Virus record (IMG/VR): IMGVR_UViG_3300034064_000298
Coordinates: 1 to 59,239 of that record
Origin: a virus
Taxonomy: Duplodnaviria; Caudoviricetes
Direction: 5' to 3' (one strand)
DNA: 59,239 bases
This document shows, piece by piece, positions 20,115-30,079 of the stretch. The position numbers and the translations under genes were made by a program. How positions within the stretch are numbered: position 1 is the stretch's first letter; every line of letters begins with the position of its first letter. The notes below the pieces were generated by a model. That model was not told the origin of the DNA. It saw nothing but the letters and a program-made list of their open reading frames with translations, and ran no database searches.

Positions 20115-20294
20115 TTAGGGATGAAGATATACTTTGTACGGCCAGTTGATTTTGTCGATGCAGTCTGATACCGACTGACCAGAGTCGGTACATTCCTGCA
20201 TCTCCTTATTCTTGATGTCGGCCTGTCGTTGCCCCACGGTGAATGCCACGATGACAACACAGGCCGAAAAGATAAGCTGAAGTATGAACTTCAT
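20115..20294 (-). CDS. Small membrane/secreted protein (not in ORF track)
   Basis: MKFILQLIFSACVVIVAFTVGQRQADIK...; TAATG overlap with upstream ORF. Confidence 0.5.
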   Translation of the reverse strand: MKFILQLIFSACVVIVAFTVGQRQADIKNKEMQECTDSGQSVSDCIDKINWPYKVYLHP

Positions 20295-20476
20295 TATGCC
20301 GCGATGTCGTCAGACTGAGAGAACTCCAGATCTGCTTTCAGTAAATTTGCAGCCATAGGATGATGCTTGTTGAGATACTTAGTCAACTCCCATAGTGAGT
20401 CGCTATCAAGCCAAGCGATACCTTCAGCCAAATCTTCAATCGCGTCAAATGTGTCAGTTTTAGTTTGAGTAGTCAT
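20294..20476 (-). CDS. Hypothetical protein
   Basis: 60-aa ORF, GAGG RBS. Confidence 0.55.
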   Translation of the reverse strand: MTTQTKTDTFDAIEDLAEGIAWLDSDSLWELTKYLNKHHPMAANLLKADLEFSQSDDIAA

Positions 20477-20815
20477 ATTTACCTCTATTGTTAAACAGTT
20501 GCCAGTGATACAAGTAGAACGATAGCCAAAACAAAAAGTTCCATTAAAGGCACTCCAAGTAAGTTTAAATCAACTCTTCTGATTCATCCTGTTTGTATTT
20601 TGACTGCGGGATATCCACGGTCCACATTGCTACTACCAATATAACGCCTAATATAAAAAGTTCCATGATGTTTTACCTCGTGTGTTTATGTATGTATCGC
20701 TATATTACTGCTTTTTTCATCGAAAGTCAACGATTAATGCGAATTTTACAGGTAATGAACTGTTTCCTATTAGTAACATATCTATCGAGATTTTAGCCAT
20801 TGTATCTCAAAAGTG

Positions 20816-21160
20816 TCATACACAGACGGATTTGAGATATCCCAGAAACGAGTCGATTAGTCCATGGTGCATCGCAACTCCAGTCAAGTAGATCAACAAC
20901 AATCCACCATTTACTATGGCTATGTTGACTTCTTTGATGCGAATTCCCCAAATCATATACAACAACGCTCCTACATTTAGGAGGTAGACGTTTAGTGGCA
21001 TTATTTTGAAGCTGGTGCACAATGCTCCCGAAAGCGTGAAGCATAGTGCAATCCATTTTATAAAGGTGTTAGTTTTCATTGAAGTCGAATAAATTCTCGA
21101 AAAGTTTCTCGTCTTCAGTCTTATTGTCGCCACCAAATGAAAAATCATAGGTGAGTGCAT
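20816..21160 (-). CDS. Small multi-pass membrane protein (real start probably MKTNTFIKW)
   Basis: Three hydrophobic segments. Confidence 0.55.
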   Translation of the reverse strand: MHSPMIFHLVATIRLKTRNFSRIYSTSMKTNTFIKWIALCFTLSGALCTSFKIMPLNVYLLNVGALLYMIWGIRIKEVNIAIVNGGLLLIYLTGVAMHHGLIDSFLGYLKSVCV

Positions 21161-21542
21161 CGTGACACACGATATTCTTCTCCACGATATGTCTCAGCTC
21201 TTCGTGTCCACATAGCAGACGATCGCGACATAGGTCGACGTTGTCTTGCATCAAGTCCACACCATACGTGTTGGATAACGCAGTCTCTAGACTTTGTCCG
21301 TTCTCCATCTTCATGATAACAACTTCACTCAGGAACTGACCGTCGCCACATGATGGGTCAAGAAACGTCTTAGTAGGGTCGGTAAATGACTCCGGTGGCA
21401 ATTGCTGAAGTATTTCTTGAACCAAAGGCGTAGGAGTAAATACCTCGCCAGTACTCTTGACTCGATTGCGTTCACGATCAACGCCTGACATGTATTCACG
21501 ATCTCGAAGATGCTTGATGTATTTTTCCAAAGTTTCAGTCAT
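21069..21542 (-). CDS. N6-adenine methyltransferase SAM-binding half
   Basis: GEVFTP, FLDPSCGDGQFL, YGVDL; ends before any NPPY motif; promoter at 21566-21594. Confidence 0.7.
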   Translation of the reverse strand: MTETLEKYIKHLRDREYMSGVDRERNRVKSTGEVFTPTPLVQEILQQLPPESFTDPTKTFLDPSCGDGQFLSEVVIMKMENGQSLETALSNTYGVDLMQDNVDLCRDRLLCGHEELRHIVEKNIVCHDALTYDFSFGGDNKTEDEKLFENLFDFNEN

Positions 21543-21602
21543 TTGTCTCTCCTATGTTGGACTCTATTATCACTCGATGGATCTCGGAAGTCAACATGTT
21601 TA

Positions 21603-21800
21603 TCAGATATTCTGATCAGAATTTTTCGGCGTTGGGCTTAGTATGGCTCCTTCATCGCATATCGCCGACTTGATATCTTTGTCATGTTTGAACTCTGCCT
21701 GATGAGACGACAAGTAGACTTGACATTCTTGCTTAGACTTAAATTTCTTCACCAGCACGTCGTCGCTGCTGTGAAGACTCAATATTAAAAACCATTCCAT
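21603..21800 (-). CDS. Small hypothetical protein (paralog of 49338-49517)
   Basis: W.L.....DVL...F.....C...C..G pattern. Confidence 0.6.
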   Translation of the reverse strand: MEWFLILSLHSSDDVLVKKFKSKQECQVYLSSHQAEFKHDKDIKSAICDEGAILSPTPKNSDQNI

Positions 21801-21805
21801 TTTTG

Positions 21806-22390
21806 TTACCTCTGTGAATAGAAAATATGCTTACCAATATGTGCCCTAACGAACATATCTTTAGACCAACCAGGAGCTTCTATGTAGTCGCCATGATAGT
21901 GGTCAGCCTTTGCTAGTGTAGTTACACGAACTCCTCTAGCAAATGCAGCCGCGGCGTCTTTTGCCTGTACCCAAGATTGACCGTGAGGACGTTCTTCGCG
22001 CATACGTCGAAATTTGGTCCAGCTGAATTGATTCTTCCTGTAGACTACCTTGCACATGGTTTTGCCCCAGTGCTGTTGCTTTAGACGATTGTAGGTCACG
22101 TTGGCAACAGCTATTTTGCCAATATATCCCTCGAATTTGGCCTCGTGATAGATGTTTCTGGACAAGCAATTGAACTCTCTCGGAGTCAATGGCACACGCT
22201 GGTTAGTATTGGTCAATATGGAAAACGTCTTTTCATCAGGTTCTTCACCAAGAGTAGCTGTCACATGACCTCGACTGGGCTCAGACGAAGATTTGTCTAG
22301 CCACCTAGGCAAGTTATACGAAACAACGTAGGAGATGAGCAGCATGATCATACAGATTGCGAATGTCTCGTTCACGGACAGCTTTTTCAT
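21806..22390 (-). CDS. SleB-like cell wall hydrolase
   Basis: CLSRNIYHEAKFE, AVANVTYNR, VVY..NQFSW, IGKHIFY; N-terminal anchor. Confidence 0.9.
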   Translation of the reverse strand: MKKLSVNETFAICMIMLLISYVVSYNLPRWLDKSSSEPSRGHVTATLGEEPDEKTFSILTNTNQRVPLTPREFNCLSRNIYHEAKFEGYIGKIAVANVTYNRLKQQHWGKTMCKVVYRKNQFSWTKFRRMREERPHGQSWVQAKDAAAAFARGVRVTTLAKADHYHGDYIEAPGWSKDMFVRAHIGKHIFYSQR

Positions 22391-22401
22391 GGTAATATCG
22401 C

Positions 22402-22677
22402 TTATTTGGTGGTATCTACTCGTTGTGCGATCATTGCGTCTGCGATATTGTAGGCATCACGGGCGTAAAGTTTCCAGGTTTCTGGCGTAGTGCCTCTATA
22501 ACCAGAAGGACTTGAGAGTAGTCCCTGAATTGCCGCCAGTGCAAATCGATCTCGCAAACTCACGCCTACTACCTCAGGCAGTGGCATAAGTTCGTCAACA
22601 TTGCTAGAGACGGTCCAGTTAGCTGGTTCAGGACTAGCGATATCTTCAGCTGGTTGTTTAGTTCTAGGTCTTGCCAT
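22402..22677 (-). CDS. Hypothetical phage protein
   Basis: LRDRFA..A.QG...AY..ADAM..R motif common in phage early regions. Confidence 0.7.
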   Translation of the reverse strand: MARPRTKQPAEDIASPEPANWTVSSNVDELMPLPEVVGVSLRDRFALAAIQGLLSSPSGYRGTTPETWKLYARDAYNIADAMIAQRVDTTK

Positions 22678-22685
22678 TGGTTTTC

Positions 22686-22871
22686 CTATTGTAGTAGTAA
22701 ATCGGCACCATCAAATGCCATTGGGTTTGTCTTTTGTATATGAGTTATTATAGCATCCATCGCGCAGCATTGTATTAGCGCGAACTCATCTTCTGTTAAG
22801 TTCTCAAAGTCTGAATTCCCGTCATTCCATATAGCCTGTAGTTCTGTTACGCGCTCTGGTGTAATATTCAA
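22686..22871 (-). CDS. Hypothetical protein
   Basis: 61-aa ORF coupled to neighbour. Confidence 0.5.
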   Translation of the reverse strand: MNITPERVTELQAIWNDGNSDFENLTEDEFALIQCCAMDAIITHIQKTNPMAFDGADLLLQ

Positions 22872-23062
22872 TTTTGTGCCTCAATTTTTGAGTAGTTGGT
22901 ACATTCAGGATGATCTTTCGTGATTTCAGAAGTGCATTGCCATTCTGTATCGCGCAGTGTTATCGTGCTTTCATTCCGAGCACCTGAAACTCCTACCCAT
23001 ACAATCAAGTATAGCAATGCAAGTATAACATTTACTTTGGTGAGTTTAGAGAGTTTATCCAT
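22868..23062 (-). CDS. Small membrane-anchored protein
   Basis: N-terminal hydrophobic helix, W.C...C. Confidence 0.5.
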   Translation of the reverse strand: MDKLSKLTKVNVILALLYLIVWVGVSGARNESTITLRDTEWQCTSEITKDHPECTNYSKIEAQN

Positions 23063-23259
23063 TTAGAATCCTATCTGAGAGTGAGCCGCGTTGGTGAACA
23101 GCGACGCAAAGTATGTTAGTGGGATGAAAAATACAATCACTTCAGCAATCATGTAGGTGTACCAAAAAGATGCGGTCAGTGTGTCGATGTCTTTCATTTT
23201 AGTTTCCTGTGTTTAAGTTACTTGTGTATTATATGATGAATTTCGCCAGCTGTCAAGCA

Positions 23260-23535
23260 CTATTCGTAATATTCTTCGATATATTTTTGTGCCTGTGCGC
23301 TAGGACTGAACTTGGTTTCCCACCGCTCCTGTTCGGTTATTCCATAAGGAGCATGATCGTACTTCGATCCATTGAAGCACCATTCCATCTCGATGCCATT
23401 CGTCCATGACCTACTTATTCTACTCGTCCATCCAGCGTTTCGATTGGCAGATCGCAATCCCTTTCGGGCTGACGATTCTGACCGATAACTTTGAATTTGG
23501 GCACCAGTTGCGATATGAAATAGGACGAATGTCAT
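23260..23535 (-). CDS. Hypothetical protein
   Basis: 91-aa ORF. Confidence 0.6.
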   Translation of the reverse strand: MTFVLFHIATGAQIQSYRSESSARKGLRSANRNAGWTSRISRSWTNGIEMEWCFNGSKYDHAPYGITEQERWETKFSPSAQAQKYIEEYYE

Positions 23536-23544
23536 AATTTAACC

Positions 23545-23742
23545 TCAGTTGACGTATGTGATTTGAACCGCGTTACCTTTTATGTCGGTCCCGCCCACGC
23601 CTACTGCTTTTGATTGTATCAGATCAGCGTAGCATGCCCTTACAGAGGCATTTATTTTAGGATCATCACCAACGCCCCTGGATATTGCATTAGCTGAAGC
23701 GTAGAAACTGACACCGTTCACGATAATTCTTAGCTTTTTCAT
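23545..23742 (-). CDS. Hypothetical protein
   Basis: 65-aa ORF with AGGAGA RBS. Confidence 0.6.
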   Translation of the reverse strand: MKKLRIIVNGVSFYASANAISRGVGDDPKINASVRACYADLIQSKAVGVGGTDIKGNAVQITYVN

Positions 23743-23754
23743 TTGCTTCTCCTA

Positions 23755-23961
23755 CTAGTTGGCGTTGTTGAGTTCTTTGACGTGATTTTCCAGAACTTTT
23801 ATTTGCTCCGGTGTCAGCGCGAGAGAGCCTAGAAGTTTTGACATGTCCGATAGCGCGTATCCCAGCATGTAGGCATAGCTTTTGCCACCAACCGATGATA
23901 CTGATTTCCGCTCAGAAGTTTTCTCTATCGTCTCTGCGTACAGTGTTATTTCGTTCATCAT
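23755..23961 (-). CDS. Hypothetical early protein
   Basis: 68-aa ORF with RBS and promoter TTGACA-17-TATACT at 23989-24017. Confidence 0.6.
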   Translation of the reverse strand: MMNEITLYAETIEKTSERKSVSSVGGKSYAYMLGYALSDMSKLLGSLALTPEQIKVLENHVKELNNAN

Positions 23962-24020
23962 TTTCTCCTTTGCTTACGTTATGGGAGTAGTATAACAACA
24001 AGATGCACCACTGTCAACTT

Positions 24021-24875
24021 TTATTTTACAGGAATATCGAGTCCTGTTGAAATTCCTGCCTGATCGAACGCGGTCTGGTTTTGTCCTTGTTGTAGGCATC
24101 CTACTACGCACTGTCCAGTGAACGAGGTCATATCCGCGATGGAACGAATGAAGTCATTGCTTCCGCCTGGCTCTACATCCAACCCTCTGCTAGGTAGATT
24201 GCTGATCCAACTAAGCATGACCGTAGCCGCATTACTGTCTAGCGTTGACCAATTTAGAGACGATGCAGCTTGTAAAGATCGTTCTCTTAGGAGCTGATTT
24301 CCCATTTCTGTCCAGTACTGGTTCAAGAGCGATACTGGTCCAGGATATAGCGTTGCTACGTTTGCTATCTCCGTCTGTGCTGACGGTATTAGTCCAGTTG
24401 CAACCGCGCTATCACGAGTCGCGTATGTGCCAGCTGCTGGGTTTCCAGGTGGAATAACCACCGGACCAGTGCCGAATACACCATCCACGACGTTCAGCAT
24501 TGTGACATAAATAGTCGTCAACTCGCCTAGTCCGATGTTGGACATTTGCGATACCGTGTCGACAAATTGTGAAGTGTAGTTATATCCTGCTGCCGTTCCG
24601 AGCGAATCCGAAATGACTATCGTCCCGTTCACGCCTGTTCCTTGTATACCGAATTGATTGGCATAGAAATTGGCTACGCTGGATGGAACTGGCTGTGTCA
24701 ACGAGTTCACCAATGGCAACTCTGCATTTGAACCTATTGCGCTCACCGCCGTGGCAAACTCTGGAAGAGTCATGTTCATTATGCCGGTGACTTGCTCAAG
24801 GCTGACCGACAATGCCTTGTTGGCTACTGCCCATTCTGAAGGTATTATTTGCTGCAATCTATCTAGGGCAATCAT
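24021..24875 (-). CDS. Putative baseplate/virion protein
   Basis: Low-charge S/T/N/G-rich composition; in operon with the PAAR-like gene. Confidence 0.5.
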   Translation of the reverse strand: MIALDRLQQIIPSEWAVANKALSVSLEQVTGIMNMTLPEFATAVSAIGSNAELPLVNSLTQPVPSSVANFYANQFGIQGTGVNGTIVISDSLGTAAGYNYTSQFVDTVSQMSNIGLGELTTIYVTMLNVVDGVFGTGPVVIPPGNPAAGTYATRDSAVATGLIPSAQTEIANVATLYPGPVSLLNQYWTEMGNQLLRERSLQAASSLNWSTLDSNAATVMLSWISNLPSRGLDVEPGGSNDFIRSIADMTSFTGQCVVGCLQQGQNQTAFDQAGISTGLDIPVK

Positions 24876-25822
24876 GCTGTCGATCTCAATGTGTAAGCTG
24901 GCAACTGCGTAGTCAACGAGGAGTTGATTGTATTGGTATTGCCGAGATATATGGGTACATACCCATCTGCTGTCACGGTATTCATGGTACCAAAACTGTT
25001 AGGGAATAACTTGTATGGATTCAACAAGTCTGCCATATTACTTATTCCTTTAGTTTTAACACCTAGAACCGAAAGTATCTGTGCCAGATTCTCATCGACA
25101 ACTTGCGACATAGCTATGGTCATTAACTTCTGATCCGAATCTGAGACGCTAACCGTTGGATCATCTAGATTTGCGACGACATCTGAATCGATACCTACTG
25201 CCAAAAATACCAATGAGACAACCGGAAGATTACCTACTACGTTTATTATCTGGCGAACAAGCGCCAATGGACTACCAAGATCGTTTAGGTTGGATAAATC
25301 AATTAGCTGACCAAGGTTAACGAGATCTTCTCCAAAACCTTTTGTGTTCGGGTTAATGGAGGAGATACTTCCTGTCACCGCGTCGGACATCGTACTAAAT
25401 GTATTGCCTAGGTAGGTCTGGCCCACGTTTGAGCTACTGATGAAGTCGGAAGCCTGGCTATTGTATGCGAGTGATATTTCATATGCCTGCGTGAACTTAG
25501 TTAGGTCGCCGTTTCCAAGATACATCGCAGCGGTAGTCGACAGCAGTCCGGTAAAACCAGTCGTCGAGACAGTAATGTTGCCATACGGCGCTGAATCACT
25601 CAGCGCCGGGCAAGTGTTGGAAGCAAGAGTTTCCAGTGTTCCAATTGTCGTGTTGGACAGTATGTTGCCAGTGCTGCCATTCGCAAGAGTTGATAGGAAT
25701 GGGCTGATCAGTGTTGTGCTAGTGTAGCTCGCCATTGCCCCAACGAACTGGGCGTTTGCCGTTAACCCAGTGTTCTGAAGTAATCCTGCCCCTGCGTTTA
25801 GCTGTAATGGAGTTAGTGCCAT
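24872..25822 (-). CDS. Putative baseplate/virion protein (start MALTPLQ)
   Basis: Immediately follows the PAAR-like gene; S/T/N/G-rich. Confidence 0.5.
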   Translation of the reverse strand: MALTPLQLNAGAGLLQNTGLTANAQFVGAMASYTSTTLISPFLSTLANGSTGNILSNTTIGTLETLASNTCPALSDSAPYGNITVSTTGFTGLLSTTAAMYLGNGDLTKFTQAYEISLAYNSQASDFISSSNVGQTYLGNTFSTMSDAVTGSISSINPNTKGFGEDLVNLGQLIDLSNLNDLGSPLALVRQIINVVGNLPVVSLVFLAVGIDSDVVANLDDPTVSVSDSDQKLMTIAMSQVVDENLAQILSVLGVKTKGISNMADLLNPYKLFPNSFGTMNTVTADGYVPIYLGNTNTINSSLTTQLPAYTLRSTA

Positions 25823-25823
25823 A

Positions 25824-26090
25824 TTATCCAACGAATACCGAATCGCTACCGTTGATTCTTGCGTGACCACAAGAATCAACGTCTCCTTCGACTACGATAG
25901 GCCTCCCATTCACGAGAACTGAATCGACACTGCCAAAGGTGGTTGCCGCTAGATGATTATTGTAGTGCGAGGTCACTGGATTGCCCGTAACTGCAATAGG
26001 TCTACCGTTTACGAATACCGTGTTATCGCCTTTCATGATCATACCACCTTCGGTATTTACATCCAGCTGTCTCTGAACTTTCTTTCCCAT
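25824..26090 (-). CDS. PAAR-like baseplate spike tip protein
   Basis: TVFVNGRPIA..G.PV.SH, VLVNGRPIV..GD..SCGH, GS.SVFVG. Confidence 0.85.
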   Translation of the reverse strand: MGKKVQRQLDVNTEGGMIMKGDNTVFVNGRPIAVTGNPVTSHYNNHLAATTFGSVDSVLVNGRPIVVEGDVDSCGHARINGSDSVFVG

Positions 26091-26091
26091 G

Positions 26092-26382
26092 TTAACCCAT
26101 CAATATCTTGTTCGACACTGGTCTGATTCCAGTGGTTGTCTCGATATAGCCATCACGAACGCGATCTTGGCTAGGAGCTATCATTGAAATATGATTCTTT
26201 TGAAGAATGACCATCTTATCCGGATCAGCCGTGAACAAACTCATCACCAACTGAATACCTTGAGGGCCAGGAATAACGGTTAGTGGTGTCTTTACTTCAT
26301 ACTCAGATTCAGTCTCACCGATGATCTTCGTTACAATTTCATCACCGTTGCTCAGCCTAATGGTATAAATTTCATCAATCAT
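26092..26382 (-). CDS. Conserved phage protein, possible Sm-like fold
   Basis: IRLSNGDEIV.K motif; sits in the RNR/glutaredoxin operon. Confidence 0.55.
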   Translation of the reverse strand: MIDEIYTIRLSNGDEIVTKIIGETESEYEVKTPLTVIPGPQGIQLVMSLFTADPDKMVILQKNHISMIAPSQDRVRDGYIETTTGIRPVSNKILMG

Positions 26383-26615
26383 TAATCCTCCTCAAAGTAA
26401 GTTTTCAATTCTGTGTAGCCCCCAATGTAGTTATCATCGAGGAATATCTGTGGTACCGATCTAGCTGACGGCACCGATTCCAACAGTTGTTCCCTTGTCC
26501 ATGGTCCTAGACCAATAATTCGTTCTTCGATATCATATCCTTTGGTCTTCAGCAAGTGTTTTGCTGCGACGCAGTGAGGGCAATTTTCTTTGCTCCACAC
26601 CAGTGCCTCTTTCAT
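26382..26615 (-). CDS. Glutaredoxin
   Basis: CPHC, SVPQIF, YIGGY. Confidence 0.92.
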   Translation of the reverse strand: MKEALVWSKENCPHCVAAKHLLKTKGYDIEERIIGLGPWTREQLLESVPSARSVPQIFLDDNYIGGYTELKTYFEED

Positions 26616-26630
26616 AGTTTTCTCCTCTGT

Positions 26631-27731
26631 TTAGATTGTAGGTAATAGATCATAGTCCAAATCATCCGACATGGCCCCAATCACGTAATTGGTACTCTCA
26701 GATTCCTGTAGAGCTGTTTGCTTTTTGCTTGTATCAGTGTGCTTATTGAACCAAGGAATAGGAGTGGTTTTAGGCGCAGGGTGTTGGTACTTGATATTTA
26801 TCTCTTTCAGCGCACCAACGGCAGTATAATCGACGAATTCTTTTAGGATACTCGAGTTCAAGCCTATGACTGGTCCTTTCTTGAACAAGAAATCTGCCCA
26901 TTCCTTTTCTTCCCTGATGACGTCTAAGTACATTGAGTAGACCTCGTCGGCACACTCGTCCTTGATAGCAGCGAATCGCGCATCGTCCTTTGCCACCTGA
27001 TTGATGATATACGCAGTCCATTCCTTGTGCAACAGTTCATCCTGTAATATCAGGCTAATAATGTTACCGTTGCCGATGAAAATTTTGTTCTCAACCATCG
27101 CCAAACTCGTAGCAAATGACACCATGAATCTAAATGCTTCTAGCGCGTAACTTGCGTGTAGTGCGAACCAAATTGTTTTGATGTGTTCCTGCTCGTCAAT
27201 CGCCTCGCCCAAGTCCTTTCGACAGTTGATTTTGTGCAGTCGGTTGTAATACTTACCTACTGAGGATGCCATATCAATAATTTCCTGGGTATCGTGAATA
27301 CTATTGAATATCTCTTTAGGTACGTTATAGATATTGCGGATAATATGCGAGTACGAGCGACTGTGTATGTTTGTTTCAAAGAAAGACCAAGCACTTACTA
27401 AGGCTTCCAGTTCTGGAATACTTATTACCGGACCAAATATCTGAGCTGGGGCTCTTCCTTGAAGGGAATCAAGTGCAGTCTGTCGCAGTAAGTTGGACGT
27501 GAATATATGCTTTACTGAATCACTGGAGTCCTTGAAATCATTCGAATCTTTTGTGAGAGATATCTCCTCTGGAATCCAAAAGAAACCTCGCTGAACAGTC
27601 TCGAACTTGCTAACCTTTGGATACCTGAATTCCTCGAATCTTTGAACCGTTACCGGGCCAGCTGGATCCAGAAACATTTTGCGATTTAGATAATCTGTTT
27701 TAGTTTTTAAATTATATTGCATTGTACTCAT
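26631..27731 (-). CDS. nrdB: Ribonucleotide reductase class Ia beta subunit
   Basis: FFWIPEE, ETNIHSRSY, LEAFRF, DELLH, ALQE. Confidence 0.93.
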   Translation of the reverse strand: MSTMQYNLKTKTDYLNRKMFLDPAGPVTVQRFEEFRYPKVSKFETVQRGFFWIPEEISLTKDSNDFKDSSDSVKHIFTSNLLRQTALDSLQGRAPAQIFGPVISIPELEALVSAWSFFETNIHSRSYSHIIRNIYNVPKEIFNSIHDTQEIIDMASSVGKYYNRLHKINCRKDLGEAIDEQEHIKTIWFALHASYALEAFRFMVSFATSLAMVENKIFIGNGNIISLILQDELLHKEWTAYIINQVAKDDARFAAIKDECADEVYSMYLDVIREEKEWADFLFKKGPVIGLNSSILKEFVDYTAVGALKEINIKYQHPAPKTTPIPWFNKHTDTSKKQTALQESESTNYVIGAMSDDLDYDLLPTI

Positions 27732-27744
27732 GTTTTGTGTCCAG

Positions 27745-30054
27745 TTATAGCTTGCAAGCGACGCAATCTTCTTCCTCGTCCTCTGTGCCAGAAGGTAAGT
27801 CTTCTAGGGCGTCAGATTTTGAACCTTTTTTGTTTATTAAGCTGTAGTAAAAAGTTTTGATTCCAAACTTATGTGCCAACATCAGATTAGCGGCGATCAA
27901 CGTTGTGGGTACCTTTCTATCCGGAAAGTGTGCTGGATTGTAGAAAGTATTTGTGCTGATCGACTGGTCGGTATAGGCTGCCAGAACCGCGGCTGTCTTG
28001 ATATATCCCAAACAATCCTTTTGTTCCCACATGAGCTGGTATCTGTTCTTCAATTTATGATATTCTGGTACCACTTGGGTGAATGATCCAGCTTTGGACT
28101 CTTTGATTGATATCAGTGACATTGGCATCTCAATTCCATTTGTGGAATTGATAACAACCGAACTCGACTCTACTGGAGCTATTGCGATCAAAGTCGCATT
28201 TCTTACGCCATACTGTTTCATATTGGCACGAAGCGTTTCCCAGTCTAGTTCGGGGCTGAAGTCCGTTAGCTCATTCACTCCATCGGCCCGTAATTCCCAT
28301 GGGAAAATACCTTGACCATAACGTGTTTTGCTACTGTCCAGACATGCTCCTCGTTCCTTTGCCAACTCGACCGTAGCTTCAGTCAGGAAAAATGCTTGAT
28401 GCTCCATCCAGGACTTGACCTCTGCCAGCGAGTCTTTTTCACCATACTTCAGGTTGCGTTTGGCATGCCAGTAGGCAAGATTCGTGATACCTACGCCAAG
28501 AGGTTGTATTTCATCGTTGCTCAGTTTACTCTGGATGCTCAGGAAGTCTTGGTAGTCAAGAATATTACAAAGGCTACGCTGAAGAATCCGACAAGCGCGA
28601 CGCATGTCTTCCGGATTCCTGAATGCTCCCCAGTTAATTGATCCGAGCGTACACAGTGCAATACGGCCAGAAGAATCATCGAGACGTTTAAAAGGTTTAG
28701 TAGGAAGTAAGATTTCACAGCACAAATTTGATTGGTAAATTGTATGGTATTCTGGATCGAACGGACCCTGCTTCATTACGTTATCAATGAACACTAGGTA
28801 GATACGACCGGTATCTGTTCTTTCCTTTAATATGCCGCCCTTGAATACCTCTTCGGCCGACATTACCTTCTTTCTTAGTCCTGCTTTCTTTTCGTACTTA
28901 AGGTATAACTCCTCAAAGAGAGCAGTGTTTTTATAGAATGCTTCATATAAATCAGGAACTTCGTTCGGGTCAAAAAACGTTATATCTTCCTTGTTTTTGA
29001 AACGGCGCCAGAAGAATGCTGATAAAACGACGCCATAATCCATGTGGCGCACCCGAGTTTCCTCGGTTCCCTGATTGTTTTTCAGCACGATCAGATCATC
29101 GAACTGATGGTGCCATATAGGATAGAATACGGTGGCACTTGCATTTCGGACGCCGCCTTGGCTACAGGAGCGCAAGTCTCCAAACCATTTCTTCAGAAAT
29201 GGTATGAGTCCGGTATGCTCGATCTCGCCACCTCTAATGGGAGACTTCAACGATCTCATTCTGCCAATTTCAAGCCCTATACCTGCTCTTTTACTGGCAT
29301 ACTTGGCCATCATCTCTCCGGAGGCAAATACTGAGTCCAGATTGTCATCCGAACGAATAAGTACGCAAGAGGAGAATTGCTTAGTAGGTGTACCAAGACC
29401 AGCCAAAACAGGAGTTGCCAGCGTAAATAATCCGTCGGAAGCAGCGTTATAGTATTCCTTGATATATCGCATCCTTGCTGAGTTCGGTTCTTCGTTATTA
29501 AAGACGGTTGCAGCAGCAATCATATAGCGAATCTGAGGAGTTTCGTAAATCTGCTTAGTGACTCGATTCCGAACCAGATATTTTTCTATCAGCTGCTCGA
29601 TAGCGGCATACGAATATTGCTCGTCTTTGGAATGATCGATGAAATCATTCATTTTGTTCCAGTCTTCCTCTGAATACCATTCCAAAAGTTCAGGAGTATA
29701 CATACCTGATGCTACGTTGTTCTTAACTATCTCGTAGAGGTGAGGTACATCATATTGACCAAACACATCCTTGCGTAGCATACTGAGTCGCTGTTTGCCT
29801 GCGACGTATTGATAATTGACATGACCTACTGTAGGGTTAGATTCGACGTCAATAAGGTCGACGATAGCTCTGAGTGTGATCTCGTCGATTTCTTTGGTAG
29901 TTATACCATTGTAGAAATGTGGTTGACTCTTGATTTCAACCATAGATTGACTTACGTCAGCGATGCCCTCGCAGATTTTTGCGATTTGACCCTGCCATTT
30001 GTCGATCATCAATGGCTCACGTTGACCATTGCGTTTTAGCACTGAAATTTGCAT
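27745..30054 (-). CDS. nrdA: Ribonucleotide reductase class Ia alpha subunit
   Basis: ATP cone VLKRNG, QFSSCVL, CSQGGVR, SNLCCEI, C-terminal CVACKL. Confidence 0.96.
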   Translation of the reverse strand: MQISVLKRNGQREPLMIDKWQGQIAKICEGIADVSQSMVEIKSQPHFYNGITTKEIDEITLRAIVDLIDVESNPTVGHVNYQYVAGKQRLSMLRKDVFGQYDVPHLYEIVKNNVASGMYTPELLEWYSEEDWNKMNDFIDHSKDEQYSYAAIEQLIEKYLVRNRVTKQIYETPQIRYMIAAATVFNNEEPNSARMRYIKEYYNAASDGLFTLATPVLAGLGTPTKQFSSCVLIRSDDNLDSVFASGEMMAKYASKRAGIGLEIGRMRSLKSPIRGGEIEHTGLIPFLKKWFGDLRSCSQGGVRNASATVFYPIWHHQFDDLIVLKNNQGTEETRVRHMDYGVVLSAFFWRRFKNKEDITFFDPNEVPDLYEAFYKNTALFEELYLKYEKKAGLRKKVMSAEEVFKGGILKERTDTGRIYLVFIDNVMKQGPFDPEYHTIYQSNLCCEILLPTKPFKRLDDSSGRIALCTLGSINWGAFRNPEDMRRACRILQRSLCNILDYQDFLSIQSKLSNDEIQPLGVGITNLAYWHAKRNLKYGEKDSLAEVKSWMEHQAFFLTEATVELAKERGACLDSSKTRYGQGIFPWELRADGVNELTDFSPELDWETLRANMKQYGVRNATLIAIAPVESSSVVINSTNGIEMPMSLISIKESKAGSFTQVVPEYHKLKNRYQLMWEQKDCLGYIKTAAVLAAYTDQSISTNTFYNPAHFPDRKVPTTLIAANLMLAHKFGIKTFYYSLINKKGSKSDALEDLPSGTEDEEEDCVACKL

Positions 30055-30079
30055 TAAATCCCTCTTATTAGTTGTACGC

